Origin: a virus
Taxonomy: Duplodnaviria > Caudoviricetes
Direction: 5' to 3' (one strand)
IMG/VR virus record: IMGVR_UViG_3300044742_000040
Location: 1 to 57,495 of that record
DNA length: 57,495 nucleotides
Shown here piece by piece: positions 8,621 through 16,722 of this stretch. Numbering within the stretch: position 1 is the stretch's first letter; every line of letters begins with the position of its first letter. The notes beneath the pieces were generated by a model. It ran no database searches. It was not told the origin of the DNA and saw only the letters and a program-made list of their open reading frames with translations. The position numbers and the translations under genes are program-made.

Positions 8621-8736
8621 TCCGCAATCGAAAATGGCTATGGCTTGTGCCCGCCATATTCGTACTAGATTGGATAATTGGCCTGATCCTCATAGCTTGG
8701 GAAATCAATCTACTTAGAAAGATGCTTGACAACTAG
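8617..8736 (+). CDS. Small membrane protein, 39 aa
   Basis: ATGA coupling; MIRNRKWLWLVPAIFVLDWIIGLILIAW. Confidence 0.5.
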   Translation: MIRNRKWLWLVPAIFVLDWIIGLILIAWEINLLRKMLDN

Positions 8737-8754
8737 GTAGCTTCATGCTAACGT
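8726..8754 (+). promoter_or_regulatory. SigA-type promoter for the candidate sRNA
   Basis: TTGACA(8726-8731)-17 nt-TAACGT(8749-8754), extended TG. Confidence 0.75.
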
Positions 8755-8759
8755 GCGGT

Positions 8760-8825
8760 GTGTACCTCCCTTGGTACACGCTCAGGAGAGAGTCAGGGGT
8801 ATTCCTGGCTCTCTCCTTCGTTTTA
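8760..8825 (+). ncRNA. Candidate anti-RBS small RNA, ~65 nt
   Basis: Own promoter; hairpin GTGTACC-TCCCTT-GGTACAC; terminator; complementary to the recurrent CCAAGGGAG RBS motif. Confidence 0.7.
8784..8825 (+). terminator. Intrinsic terminator of the sRNA
   Basis: AGGAGAGAGTCAGG/CCTGGCTCTCTCCT stem followed by TCGTTTTA. Confidence 0.7.
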
Positions 8826-8947
8826 TGCAGATTTACAAATCCACGGGGCATCGATAAAAGGGTGGACACTCTCCCCCCTCCCCTCCGCGTACCCCCATGC
8901 GCGGAACCCCTGGAAGGGTGTCTACCCTAGCCCCGTGAGGTCATGCA
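8826..8947 (+). ncRNA. C-rich rod-shaped structured RNA / Rpf leader
   Basis: CACGGGGC/GCCCCGTG, AGGGTGGACACTCT/AGGGTGTCTACCCT and CCGCGT/GCGCGG stems with C-run loops. Confidence 0.55.
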
Positions 8948-8968
8948 ATCTAACAGGAGGTAGCAGTC

Positions 8969-9562
8969 CTGCTAGCTTTCGCTGCCATACTAGTCGTACT
9001 ACTGCTTACCAGTAGTGGCGACGGCCAACAGCAAGCGTCACAGGAAAAGGTCAGGGTAATCGCTAACGGTACTAACGTAAGTAGCGTTAGGCAGGAATGC
9101 AAGTCGGCTGAAAAAGCCATAATTTACTACCGTGGTAAGACATGGAGTTACCAAAGGAAACTAGGTGAGACTCCGCTATCGACAAATCATCCCGAACGTA
9201 AAAAGAACGCTTGTGCATATAAGCGTTTCGTTGTCGGGAATTGGCGCAGACTTGCCAAAGCATACAGACAAGAGTACGCAAAATGGGAGTATAACTACGC
9301 ATGGTGGAAATGGCTCCCCTCCAAATGGCAAAGGATAGCTCACTGTGAAACTAGTAAAGGACACTACGTACCCGGAGACTGGCGACACAACAGTGGTACC
9401 TATCAAGGGGCATTCGGTTTCTACTACGGCACCTGGGACGCATACAAGCCAGCCGGTGCGCCTTCCGAAGCCTATCTCGCCACTCCACGGCAACAGTACC
9501 AAGCTGCCCTTAACGTCTATTCTGACCACGGCTACGGTGCGTGGGGATGCGGCGGGGCGTAG
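8969..9562 (+). CDS. Secreted resuscitation-promoting factor (Rpf)-like lytic transglycosylase, ~197 aa, non-canonical start (not in ORF track)
   Basis: AGGAGG 8955-8960 then CTG; hydrophobic N-terminus; WQRIAHCET...YQGAFGF...TWDAY...ATPRQQ...GYGAWGC. Confidence 0.85.
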   Translation: MLAFAAILVVLLLTSSGDGQQQASQEKVRVIANGTNVSSVRQECKSAEKAIIYYRGKTWSYQRKLGETPLSTNHPERKKNACAYKRFVVGNWRRLAKAYRQEYAKWEYNYAWWKWLPSKWQRIAHCETSKGHYVPGDWRHNSGTYQGAFGFYYGTWDAYKPAGAPSEAYLATPRQQYQAALNVYSDHGYGAWGCGGA

Positions 9563-9622
9563 GTGGCGAAGATTTCTGCAACGTATAGGATACTACAATA
9601 AAGTAGATCGCAAGCCCTGGTA

Positions 9623-10087
9623 GTGTCTGCGGTACCCGACCTAGAGGAGTTTTGTACCTCCTGTGGTGGTTGGGTATCGTATCTTCATTTCAACTACGAT
9701 ACAGGCTGGTGTATAGATTGTTCAGGTTCGATAGATCACCGAGCAAAGTGCATTCACTGTGGCAATGTACTAATCGGAAGCGACCTGTACCGCACTACGT
9801 GTCATACTTGTCGGCAAGAGCTTTGGTTAGAGAAACATGGCGACACGATAGAATTACTCATGATTGTCAGAGGCTACAGTTTTGCACAAGCAAGAGAAAC
9901 CGTAACAGAGCAAGCCCGTCCGATATGCCAAGCCTGTAATAAACCTATCAAGGGTGCCAAGGACGGGGCGCTGTTCCACAAAAGAAATGAGAACAACACT
10001 GCCTGCCATGCAGCGTATCTCAAATTCAAAGTGTTAACGAAGTCGGGCTTGACAATCACGGAAGCTCTTGCTATCATCCGTGGTTAA
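9623..10087 (+). CDS. Multi-CxxC zinc-binding protein
   Basis: Five CxxC motifs. Confidence 0.7.
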   Translation: MSAVPDLEEFCTSCGGWVSYLHFNYDTGWCIDCSGSIDHRAKCIHCGNVLIGSDLYRTTCHTCRQELWLEKHGDTIELLMIVRGYSFAQARETVTEQARPICQACNKPIKGAKDGALFHKRNENNTACHAAYLKFKVLTKSGLTITEALAIIRG

Positions 10088-10105
10088 CCGTACCAAGGGA
10101 GAAAG

Positions 10106-11614
10106 ATGACAGAGCTATTGTTTGAGGATTTGATATCTGACGACCAGTATGAAAAACGAGATTGGCAAGAGAAGGACTTGCGTTACCTCTCGCCGATGCC
10201 ATACTCGGCCAACTGGTCACAGATGGGTTGTTTCAAAACCAGCACAGGATTGTGGCTGCTGGAAAAGAAACGAGTAAAGAACGCTCTTATCATTACGTCC
10301 AAGATGGGCAAGGGTGCGTACTTCTCGGACTTCTATAAGTGTCTGCCGGAATCATGGGAACTGTACAACCTCGGTATCCATGATGCCACGCTACGTATAG
10401 AGGACTTTGAGAAGGATACCACTATCAATGAACTGCTGTACACGATCAAGAGTGGACGGCACAACTACCCAATGGTGGTACTCGCACACTATGACGTGTT
10501 TACTACTGCTGCCAATACCAACTCTGCAAAGAAATCGAAAGATGGTATTGGCATCTTCGACAAGCTGAAGACAATCAAGTGGGATATGATTCTACCTGAT
10601 GAAGCTCACAGGTTGAAGAATCCTAAGACACAATGGACTAGGAATATCAAGAAACTCAAGGCTGAGAATAAGCATATCATGACCGGGACAGGCTTTGTCA
10701 ATAATCCTGCCGAAATGTGGTCACTGCTGAACTTCTTGAACCCTAACGAATTCTCTAGCTATTGGGCATTCCGTAACTACTTCTGCGATCAGTGGATGGA
10801 CGCACGTGGATTCAGATTCATACGTGGTATCCTCCCGCATAGACTTGAGGAGTTTCGTGCCCTACGTAAGAGACTTGGCCCTCGGCATACGATGGCTAAG
10901 GTTCACAGAGGTATTGCGAAGCCAATCGAGAGTGTTCACCCGGTTGAACTCAACGCAACACAGCGCCGTATGTACAATGAAATCAAGACGGTGCTGCGGA
11001 CGATGGATCAGAAGGGTGCCGATCTAACGTCACCGAACGTCTTGAGTCAGCTTAATCGACTGAGGCAGATTTCGGTAGCGACACCGAATGTACTCGGCCG
11101 TGAATTTAGTCAAAAGCAGAACCGTATGGTTACGGATATCGAACTGGTCGAGCCGTCGTCCAAGCTAGATGATGTAATGAAGATTCTTGAGGAGCTAGAC
11201 GAGCCTGAGCAGAAGGTGGTTGTGTTCAGTAACTTCAAAGACCCGCTCAAGCTACTCAAGGTCAGGTTGGATAAAGCCGATATCGGCTACCTACACTTGG
11301 AGCAGCATCATAGTGAATCAGAACGATACCGAATCTGGCACGACCTATTTCGTAAACCCGAATACCAAGTGTTTCTGTCTACCCTCGCATTGGGTGGCGA
11401 GTCTATTAACCTATCCTGCGCTCAGTATCTCATATTCCTCGACAGGTCTTGGTCGCCAAAGGATATGATGCAGGCAATAGGTAGAGTCTACCGACCAGGC
11501 CAACAGCATGCTTGTGAGGTTATCTACATTAACGCGGATCGCACGGTAGATTCCTACGTCAAGACCAAGCTCGATACCAAAGGAAGATGGTTCAATGAAA
11601 TCTTCGGAGACTAA
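10106..11614 (+). CDS. SNF2-like SF2 helicase/ATPase
   Basis: DEAH, TGT, KVVVFS, GESINL and QAIGRVYRPGQ motifs. Confidence 0.9.
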   Translation: MTELLFEDLISDDQYEKRDWQEKDLRYLSPMPYSANWSQMGCFKTSTGLWLLEKKRVKNALIITSKMGKGAYFSDFYKCLPESWELYNLGIHDATLRIEDFEKDTTINELLYTIKSGRHNYPMVVLAHYDVFTTAANTNSAKKSKDGIGIFDKLKTIKWDMILPDEAHRLKNPKTQWTRNIKKLKAENKHIMTGTGFVNNPAEMWSLLNFLNPNEFSSYWAFRNYFCDQWMDARGFRFIRGILPHRLEEFRALRKRLGPRHTMAKVHRGIAKPIESVHPVELNATQRRMYNEIKTVLRTMDQKGADLTSPNVLSQLNRLRQISVATPNVLGREFSQKQNRMVTDIELVEPSSKLDDVMKILEELDEPEQKVVVFSNFKDPLKLLKVRLDKADIGYLHLEQHHSESERYRIWHDLFRKPEYQVFLSTLALGGESINLSCAQYLIFLDRSWSPKDMMQAIGRVYRPGQQHACEVIYINADRTVDSYVKTKLDTKGRWFNEIFGD

Positions 11615-11618
11615 TAAC

Positions 11619-12011
11619 GTGGACTCTTTACCACATATCAGCCAGGACGGTGCGGCTTTCGACTTGGCAAACGTCGAGCAAGGGCTACGGGGTTGCGATG
11701 CCATCTATCCATACGACCAGGATCAGGCTTACCACGGCCTTCACGAATGGGCAGAGCTACTGATCGCGGATCGCAAGCGTCTCCTAGAGCAGTACGAGAA
11801 CGCGGAGACTTCCACCTGTCGTCACTGCGGCCTTGCAGGTTCTAGCACCTGCTGGTGTGGACGGTACGACGACAGAGAGGTAGGAAAGAATCCTACTTCT
11901 GATCCAGCCTCGGAACCCGCTCCCTGGACAACGCTCCATGATGGCGTTCTCGACCACATCGACCGCAAGCGAGCCGAGGGTTCTTCTCCAGCTTCGAGGC
12001 AGGACACATGA
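11619..12011 (+). CDS. Hypothetical protein
   Basis: GGAGA RBS before GTG; CxxC...CxC. Confidence 0.5.
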   Translation: MDSLPHISQDGAAFDLANVEQGLRGCDAIYPYDQDQAYHGLHEWAELLIADRKRLLEQYENAETSTCRHCGLAGSSTCWCGRYDDREVGKNPTSDPASEPAPWTTLHDGVLDHIDRKRAEGSSPASRQDT

Positions 12012-12065
12012 CCAGGTTGTCATTGTAGGATTCCAAGTTAGATGCGAAAATCTATGGGAGGAAGA

Positions 12066-12467
12066 ATGAAAAAGCTACTGATCGGTCTAGCGATTGCAGC
12101 TAGTCTGATTTTCACAGTCGGCGCGAGTGGTGGAGGTTCCGCCACTTACAACATCGTGCTTACGTCGATTGATCCACAGCCTGATCTACAACACTATGGG
12201 ATTGCTCACTTTAATGTAAGCTTCTCAGATGGAAGATTCCATCAGTGCTGTGATTTCGTTCAAGTTGTAACGACATGCGACAATGGCTATACCGAAGGTG
12301 GTGGCCCTGCCAAAACTCTATGGTATACGGCACTCACTCCGATGATCGGTGTATTCTACAAGTACAACATGGTACCAACTACGTGCCATTCGTGGGTCGA
12401 GCGAATCACTGACCATAACAAGCGGCAGGGTGTGACTTCACCTATTGTCACTTACGCTACCGGCTAG
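12066..12467 (+). CDS. Secreted protein
   Basis: Signal peptide MKKLLIGLAIAASLIFTVGA; GGGAGG RBS. Confidence 0.75.
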   Translation: MKKLLIGLAIAASLIFTVGASGGGSATYNIVLTSIDPQPDLQHYGIAHFNVSFSDGRFHQCCDFVQVVTTCDNGYTEGGGPAKTLWYTALTPMIGVFYKYNMVPTTCHSWVERITDHNKRQGVTSPIVTYATG

Positions 12468-12591
12468 TCATGGAAACTCAGAACGAATACAATAGCAACA
12501 TGAAGGCAGGAATCATCATTGCACTGTGTATTGCAGCATCGCTATTTGTCATCGGATTCCTATTTGGTATGGTTGTGGGCGTGTTGCTAGG

Positions 12592-12783
12592 ATGAACCAT
12601 CCAATCTGTCCACGTTGCCAGGAACCAGTTACACGTGATCCGCATGAATTGCAGATGGTTCTCGTTAATGCTCATGAGTCGGCTCCCGAGGATGCAACTA
12701 AACTTCACGCGACATTTCATGCCGCCTGTGCTGGTTTAGTATGGAATGGAACCCGTCGATACTGGTACGGAGAGGATAGGTAA
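12592..12783 (+). CDS. Small Cys/His protein
   Basis: CPRC...HAAC; TAATG coupling to next gene. Confidence 0.5.
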   Translation: MNHPICPRCQEPVTRDPHELQMVLVNAHESAPEDATKLHATFHAACAGLVWNGTRRYWYGEDR

Positions 12784-13751
12784 TGAAAGGCGTTGGCATC
12801 TTCTTTAATATGCTGGAAGACCTAGAGAGATTTGAGGGTCTAACCAAACCTACCGCTACTGCTCCAAATGGTTACATCGATTGGGTAGCACCTATCATGG
12901 CACCCGACCAATCGTCTGTGCAACACAATAGGCCGTTGTGGGCAGAATGGAAAAAGCGTCTAGCGCCAGTCAAGTTTCTCCCGTGGCTATGGTGCGATGA
13001 TCCTGTTGTGGACATTCAAGCGGCAGGATGGATCGCAGATAACTATGAGATTGACGGGATGCTATTCAACTGCGAGAAGCCCTATGAGAGTGCTGGCCGG
13101 TGGAAAGCTTCCGTACTCGTTACTGGTATCATGCAGAATCCAAAGCTTGCAGCTAAGCCAAAGATTCTTTCATATGCAGGCATCGCTGAGATTCAGGATA
13201 TGGACTGGCGAACGTTTGAACGTGGCGGATTTACGTTCGCTCCACAAGCTTACTGGCTTGATCCGCAGAATGCGGCTAATGCCGATGCATACAAACCGTT
13301 CCCATTGTACAAGTCAGCTAACCTACCGAATCAGCTACATGTCGGATGGGACTATCGTATTCAGGTACAGGGAATCGTGGAGAAACATTGGTCGCGCATT
13401 GTTTCCTGGGATGGTGGTATCAATACAGTCGTCAAGGATATCCGTGCTAACAAGCTATATCGTATGCAGGTGGTTCCGCAGCAGGAGGGTGCGTATCACT
13501 ACTTTACTATCGCAGCCAATCGTGCTCTCTTGGACTACAAGACAGGTAAAGTGATAGTTGGTAAGATGCTTGGATTCCAGTCAGTTGACAAGATATTTCC
13601 AACAGTAGGTTACTATCCTGCCTGTCAACCTACACCCACGCAGGTTTCTGATGAACTTGATAGAATCAAGAATCTCAAGGGTGCGAGTCTGTATCTCGGT
13701 GAGACTTCACAATCGGAACACGTGAAGGCAATATGGTCAGCGATTCAGTAG
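12783..13751 (+). CDS. Putative glycoside hydrolase-like (TIM barrel) protein
   Basis: PWLW, DGMLFNCEKPYE, FAPQAYW, PTVGYY and GASLY strand motifs; family uncertain. Confidence 0.5.
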   Translation: MKGVGIFFNMLEDLERFEGLTKPTATAPNGYIDWVAPIMAPDQSSVQHNRPLWAEWKKRLAPVKFLPWLWCDDPVVDIQAAGWIADNYEIDGMLFNCEKPYESAGRWKASVLVTGIMQNPKLAAKPKILSYAGIAEIQDMDWRTFERGGFTFAPQAYWLDPQNAANADAYKPFPLYKSANLPNQLHVGWDYRIQVQGIVEKHWSRIVSWDGGINTVVKDIRANKLYRMQVVPQQEGAYHYFTIAANRALLDYKTGKVIVGKMLGFQSVDKIFPTVGYYPACQPTPTQVSDELDRIKNLKGASLYLGETSQSEHVKAIWSAIQ

Positions 13752-13882
13752 ATTGGCTGAAGCACCTTACTGCCAGGAATGCCCTCAAATGGGGAGGGGT
13801 GATATTCGTTTACTTTATGGCAATCCTATGTATGATCGTGGCAGTACGTATTGTCGTCAGTATCTTCTAGAGAGGATAGAGT

Positions 13883-14473
13883 ATGAAAAGAATCGCCTTA
13901 GCAGTAATGGTCTGTGTCATGGGGGTATTGGGATTGGCTGTAGCTGTCGCCCTAGCTGATCCTCCCCCCGGAGGCCCACCCGGACAGGGTGAGTGTGAAC
14001 ACGGCAATTCTCAGAAGCCGTGCAAGGATGACCCACAACCCAACCACGGACAGGATTGTGACGAACATGGCCCGAATAACGGCGGGGTCAATGAAGATCA
14101 TTGTAAGAATGAAACTACAACGACCGACACTACTACAACTACTGAAACTACGACTACTACGGAAACAACTACAGGAGAATCCACAACTACAGATACAACT
14201 ACAGACGGTACAACGACCACGCAAACGACGACGAACGAGCCGCCTGTAACCACCACGTTCAATGATTCGACAACTATCTCAACTACGACCAATCAGGAAA
14301 CGACCACTAATTCTGAGCCTGTTGTGGCACCGAAGCCTAAGCCGAAGCCGCACCATAAGCCGGTTCACCACTCGCCGGATATTTCTACAAATACCGCTAA
14401 GCAGAAGATGCCACCTGTGTGCCCTGTCGGTAAGCCGACCACGGGTAGCTGCGCTGTACAAGGAAGCGGGTAA
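13883..14473 (+). CDS. Secreted Thr/Pro-rich low-complexity protein
   Basis: Signal peptide; Cys/His head; poly-Thr linker; PKPKPKP. Confidence 0.8.
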   Translation: MKRIALAVMVCVMGVLGLAVAVALADPPPGGPPGQGECEHGNSQKPCKDDPQPNHGQDCDEHGPNNGGVNEDHCKNETTTTDTTTTTETTTTTETTTGESTTTDTTTDGTTTTQTTTNEPPVTTTFNDSTTISTTTNQETTTNSEPVVAPKPKPKPHHKPVHHSPDISTNTAKQKMPPVCPVGKPTTGSCAVQGSG

Positions 14474-14486
14474 GTCAACCAAGCCC

Positions 14487-14515
14487 TTGACTTCGCACCC
14501 TGTCCCTGATAGGGT
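14487..14515 (+). promoter_or_regulatory. Promoter embedded in an inverted repeat
   Basis: TTGACT-17 nt-TAGGGT with extended TG; ACTTCGCACCCT/AGGGTGCGAAGT inverted repeat. Confidence 0.55.
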
Positions 14516-14551
14516 GCGAAGTTCCAAGGGAGAGCAATACCTGAACGGAGG

Positions 14552-15826
14552 GTGATGGCACCCGAAACTGAAATCATTACAAGTACCCCGGACGTTCCGT
14601 CGAAGTGGGATATTATCCCTATCCACGGATCGGACGTTGCAAGTTACAAACGATGCAGACGGTATTGGGATTGGACTAGTCCTAGCCGGAACAACCTACG
14701 CAGGAAAGTGGAGATTCACGGTGTCAACCTACCTCTGTGGTTTGGCACGGGAGTCCACTTCGCACTAGAGCAATACTACGATCCCATCCTACGTCACGAT
14801 CCCGTCGAGTCTTTCAAGACGTGGTTTGAATACCAGTGGGAAGGCGGGATGGTCACAGAGGATTGGCTTGAGCGTACCTATGACGTGAACCCTCGTTATG
14901 GTGGCGACTGGATTGGCGATCCCGGTGACGTAGACACGCTTCACAAGACGTGGCATATTCGCGGTCTAAAGGAAATGCTGCCAAACGTTGAACTTGTCCA
15001 AGAGGATTTCGCTGCACACAAAGAACTCGGCATCGGGATGCTTACCTACTATAAGGAGTATGCCGAGAAGAATGACGAGTTTATTGTGGTCGCCGCTGAG
15101 TCATCGTATTCCATCCCCCTCGGGTTTGAAGCGGTGGACATACGTGAGGACAGCCCCAACTATGGACACAAGAGTGAGGTACACGCACGTGGTAAGCGTG
15201 ACGCTATCATATTCTTCCCCGAACAGAATAAGTATGGCATCATCGACCATAAAACTGCTGTAAGAATTGACGAGGACTACCATAAGAAACTAGAGAAGGA
15301 TGAACAGGTAAGCAACTATCTGTGGGCCACGATGCAGGAAGCAAAGCTGCATGACTATCCGTGGTCAGGGTATCTGGTAGATCGCGTGATCTACAATGCG
15401 CTCAAAAAGAACTTCCCGCATGAACCTACCGTACTCAAGAATGGTATGTTGTCAGTCGATAGACAGAACGAAGGCACTACGGCTGAGCTATTCCAAGCAG
15501 CGATCATTGGCAACGAAGACCGGGAATACTGGTTCCGTCACAATGAGAAGGCTCAGTCGTACTACTCGTACTTGTGTGAAATGGCCGATAGTCTGTTTAT
15601 CGAACGGACACCTGTAACGCGCAATAAGTATGAGGTTCAGGCGACAGGCGACCATCTGGTTATGATCGCTAAGGAAATGATTAGCGAGCCGACGATCTAC
15701 CCAAATCCCACAGGGGAGTTTCGCTGTATACAGTGTGCATTTCGCGCACCATGCATTGCATCCGACGACGGTAGCGATTGGCAAGGTATGCTCGCTGACG
15801 GTTACGAGGTTAACCGTGATCGCTAA
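14552..15826 (+). CDS. PD-(D/E)XK Cas4/RecB-like exonuclease
   Basis: YKRCRRY, FGTGVH, GKRDA, IIDHKT and CIQCAFRAPC motifs. Confidence 0.85.
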   Translation: MMAPETEIITSTPDVPSKWDIIPIHGSDVASYKRCRRYWDWTSPSRNNLRRKVEIHGVNLPLWFGTGVHFALEQYYDPILRHDPVESFKTWFEYQWEGGMVTEDWLERTYDVNPRYGGDWIGDPGDVDTLHKTWHIRGLKEMLPNVELVQEDFAAHKELGIGMLTYYKEYAEKNDEFIVVAAESSYSIPLGFEAVDIREDSPNYGHKSEVHARGKRDAIIFFPEQNKYGIIDHKTAVRIDEDYHKKLEKDEQVSNYLWATMQEAKLHDYPWSGYLVDRVIYNALKKNFPHEPTVLKNGMLSVDRQNEGTTAELFQAAIIGNEDREYWFRHNEKAQSYYSYLCEMADSLFIERTPVTRNKYEVQATGDHLVMIAKEMISEPTIYPNPTGEFRCIQCAFRAPCIASDDGSDWQGMLADGYEVNRDR

Positions 15827-16088
15827 GCTGATCATCTTTGTCATTGCGGGAGTCTTGATAGGATCGACTGCTACAGCATCCGGGTTTGTTTACTGGAAAC
15901 GTGGTGGAGCTACCTATATGTGCGAAGGTACCGGCGTGAGTGTCTTCTGCAAAGAAACGAACTGGAAGCCTGCATATGAAATCGCGTTCATCCCCGGTGC
16001 AGTTGACGTGTCCTATGGTGGACGCCTGATCTTCAACTGCAACCGCAAACAGTCTCCGAATTACAACTGCTCGTACTACGGGAAATAA
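15816..16088 (+). CDS. Small secreted Cys-containing protein
   Basis: GAGG RBS, GTG start, signal peptide, 4 Cys. Confidence 0.6.
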   Translation: MIAKLIIFVIAGVLIGSTATASGFVYWKRGGATYMCEGTGVSVFCKETNWKPAYEIAFIPGAVDVSYGGRLIFNCNRKQSPNYNCSYYGK

Positions 16089-16098
16089 AGGAGAGAAC

Positions 16099-16437
16099 AT
16101 GGTACGACCGTCTATTTACGACGACAATGCTGCACTCGCTAAAGCACATAGCGAGAAGATCGCCAAGGGTGAATACGAAGTTGTCTCTGAGCTAGAACCA
16201 GAAGATATCGAGGAGTACGAGAATATTATCGCCGCAGGCTATGCTCATGATCGTGCAATAGATAGAGCTTTTAGAGCCTACTCCAATCATATGGCAAGCA
16301 ACTATAGGGACTTGACTGATTTTTACCAGAGGGTTTCAAAGTTGAGCAGATATGATCTTACCTATGCAGGTATGTTTATCACACGGCATGCAGGTAAGGT
16401 CGTTCTCGCACGTGATACCGAAAACAATGACGACTGA
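16099..16437 (+). CDS. Hypothetical protein
   Basis: AAGGAGA RBS. Confidence 0.7.
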   Translation: MVRPSIYDDNAALAKAHSEKIAKGEYEVVSELEPEDIEEYENIIAAGYAHDRAIDRAFRAYSNHMASNYRDLTDFYQRVSKLSRYDLTYAGMFITRHAGKVVLARDTENNDD

Positions 16438-16624
16438 CCTATTTGAAGAAATCAGCGAGGAGGAATTCGCTGCTGAGCAAGCTGTGGGGGTAGACGTGTT
16501 TGATAACACGGTGGATACCGGGAGGCCCACTTCATCTACCCCCACTGATCTTGTCTATTGTAACTTTTGCAAGGGCTACTACAACGAGTACCACTTTGGA
16601 GATATCGATGAGCCAAGTAGGTGA
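16427..16624 (+). CDS. Small protein with LFEEIS motif and CxxC...H
   Basis: MTTDLFEEISEEEF...CNFCKGYYNEYH. Confidence 0.65.
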   Translation: MTTDLFEEISEEEFAAEQAVGVDVFDNTVDTGRPTSSTPTDLVYCNFCKGYYNEYHFGDIDEPSR

Positions 16625-16721
16625 CCCAAGAAAGAAGATTTATGTTGAGCCGGTCGAGAATCCGGTTCCGTCGAAGGAACCTATCTCTGTGCCTGAGCCT
16701 GTAAAGGAACCCGCTAAGTAG
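16608..16721 (+). CDS. Pro/Glu-rich peptide, 37 aa
   Basis: GGAGA RBS; MSQVGDPRKKIYVEPVENPVP... Confidence 0.7.
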   Translation: MSQVGDPRKKIYVEPVENPVPSKEPISVPEPVKEPAK

Positions 16722-16722
16722 C

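Noticed and set aside
8826-8947. c-di-AMP (ydaO) riboswitch, expected upstream of actinobacterial rpf genes
   Set aside because: Only fragmentary resemblance (AATCC, GAACCC, CTAGCCCCGTGAGG). The obvious fold is an unbranched rod, not the ydaO architecture. A cmscan is needed to exclude it fully.
8745-9015. 61-aa and 85-aa ORFs over the sRNA region
   Set aside because: No RBS; they overlap the promoter and terminator and have no recognisable protein features.
9345-9623. 92-aa + strand ORF and overlapping - strand ORFs in the track
   Set aside because: They are shadows of the Rpf reading frame at 8969-9562.
14110-14310. ACN-rich tandem repeat as a DNA element
   Set aside because: Explained by the poly-Thr linker of the secreted protein.
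14552-15826. CRISPR-associated Cas4
   Set aside because: No array or other cas genes. The context (Sak4-like ATPase, SSB) indicates a recombination exonuclease.
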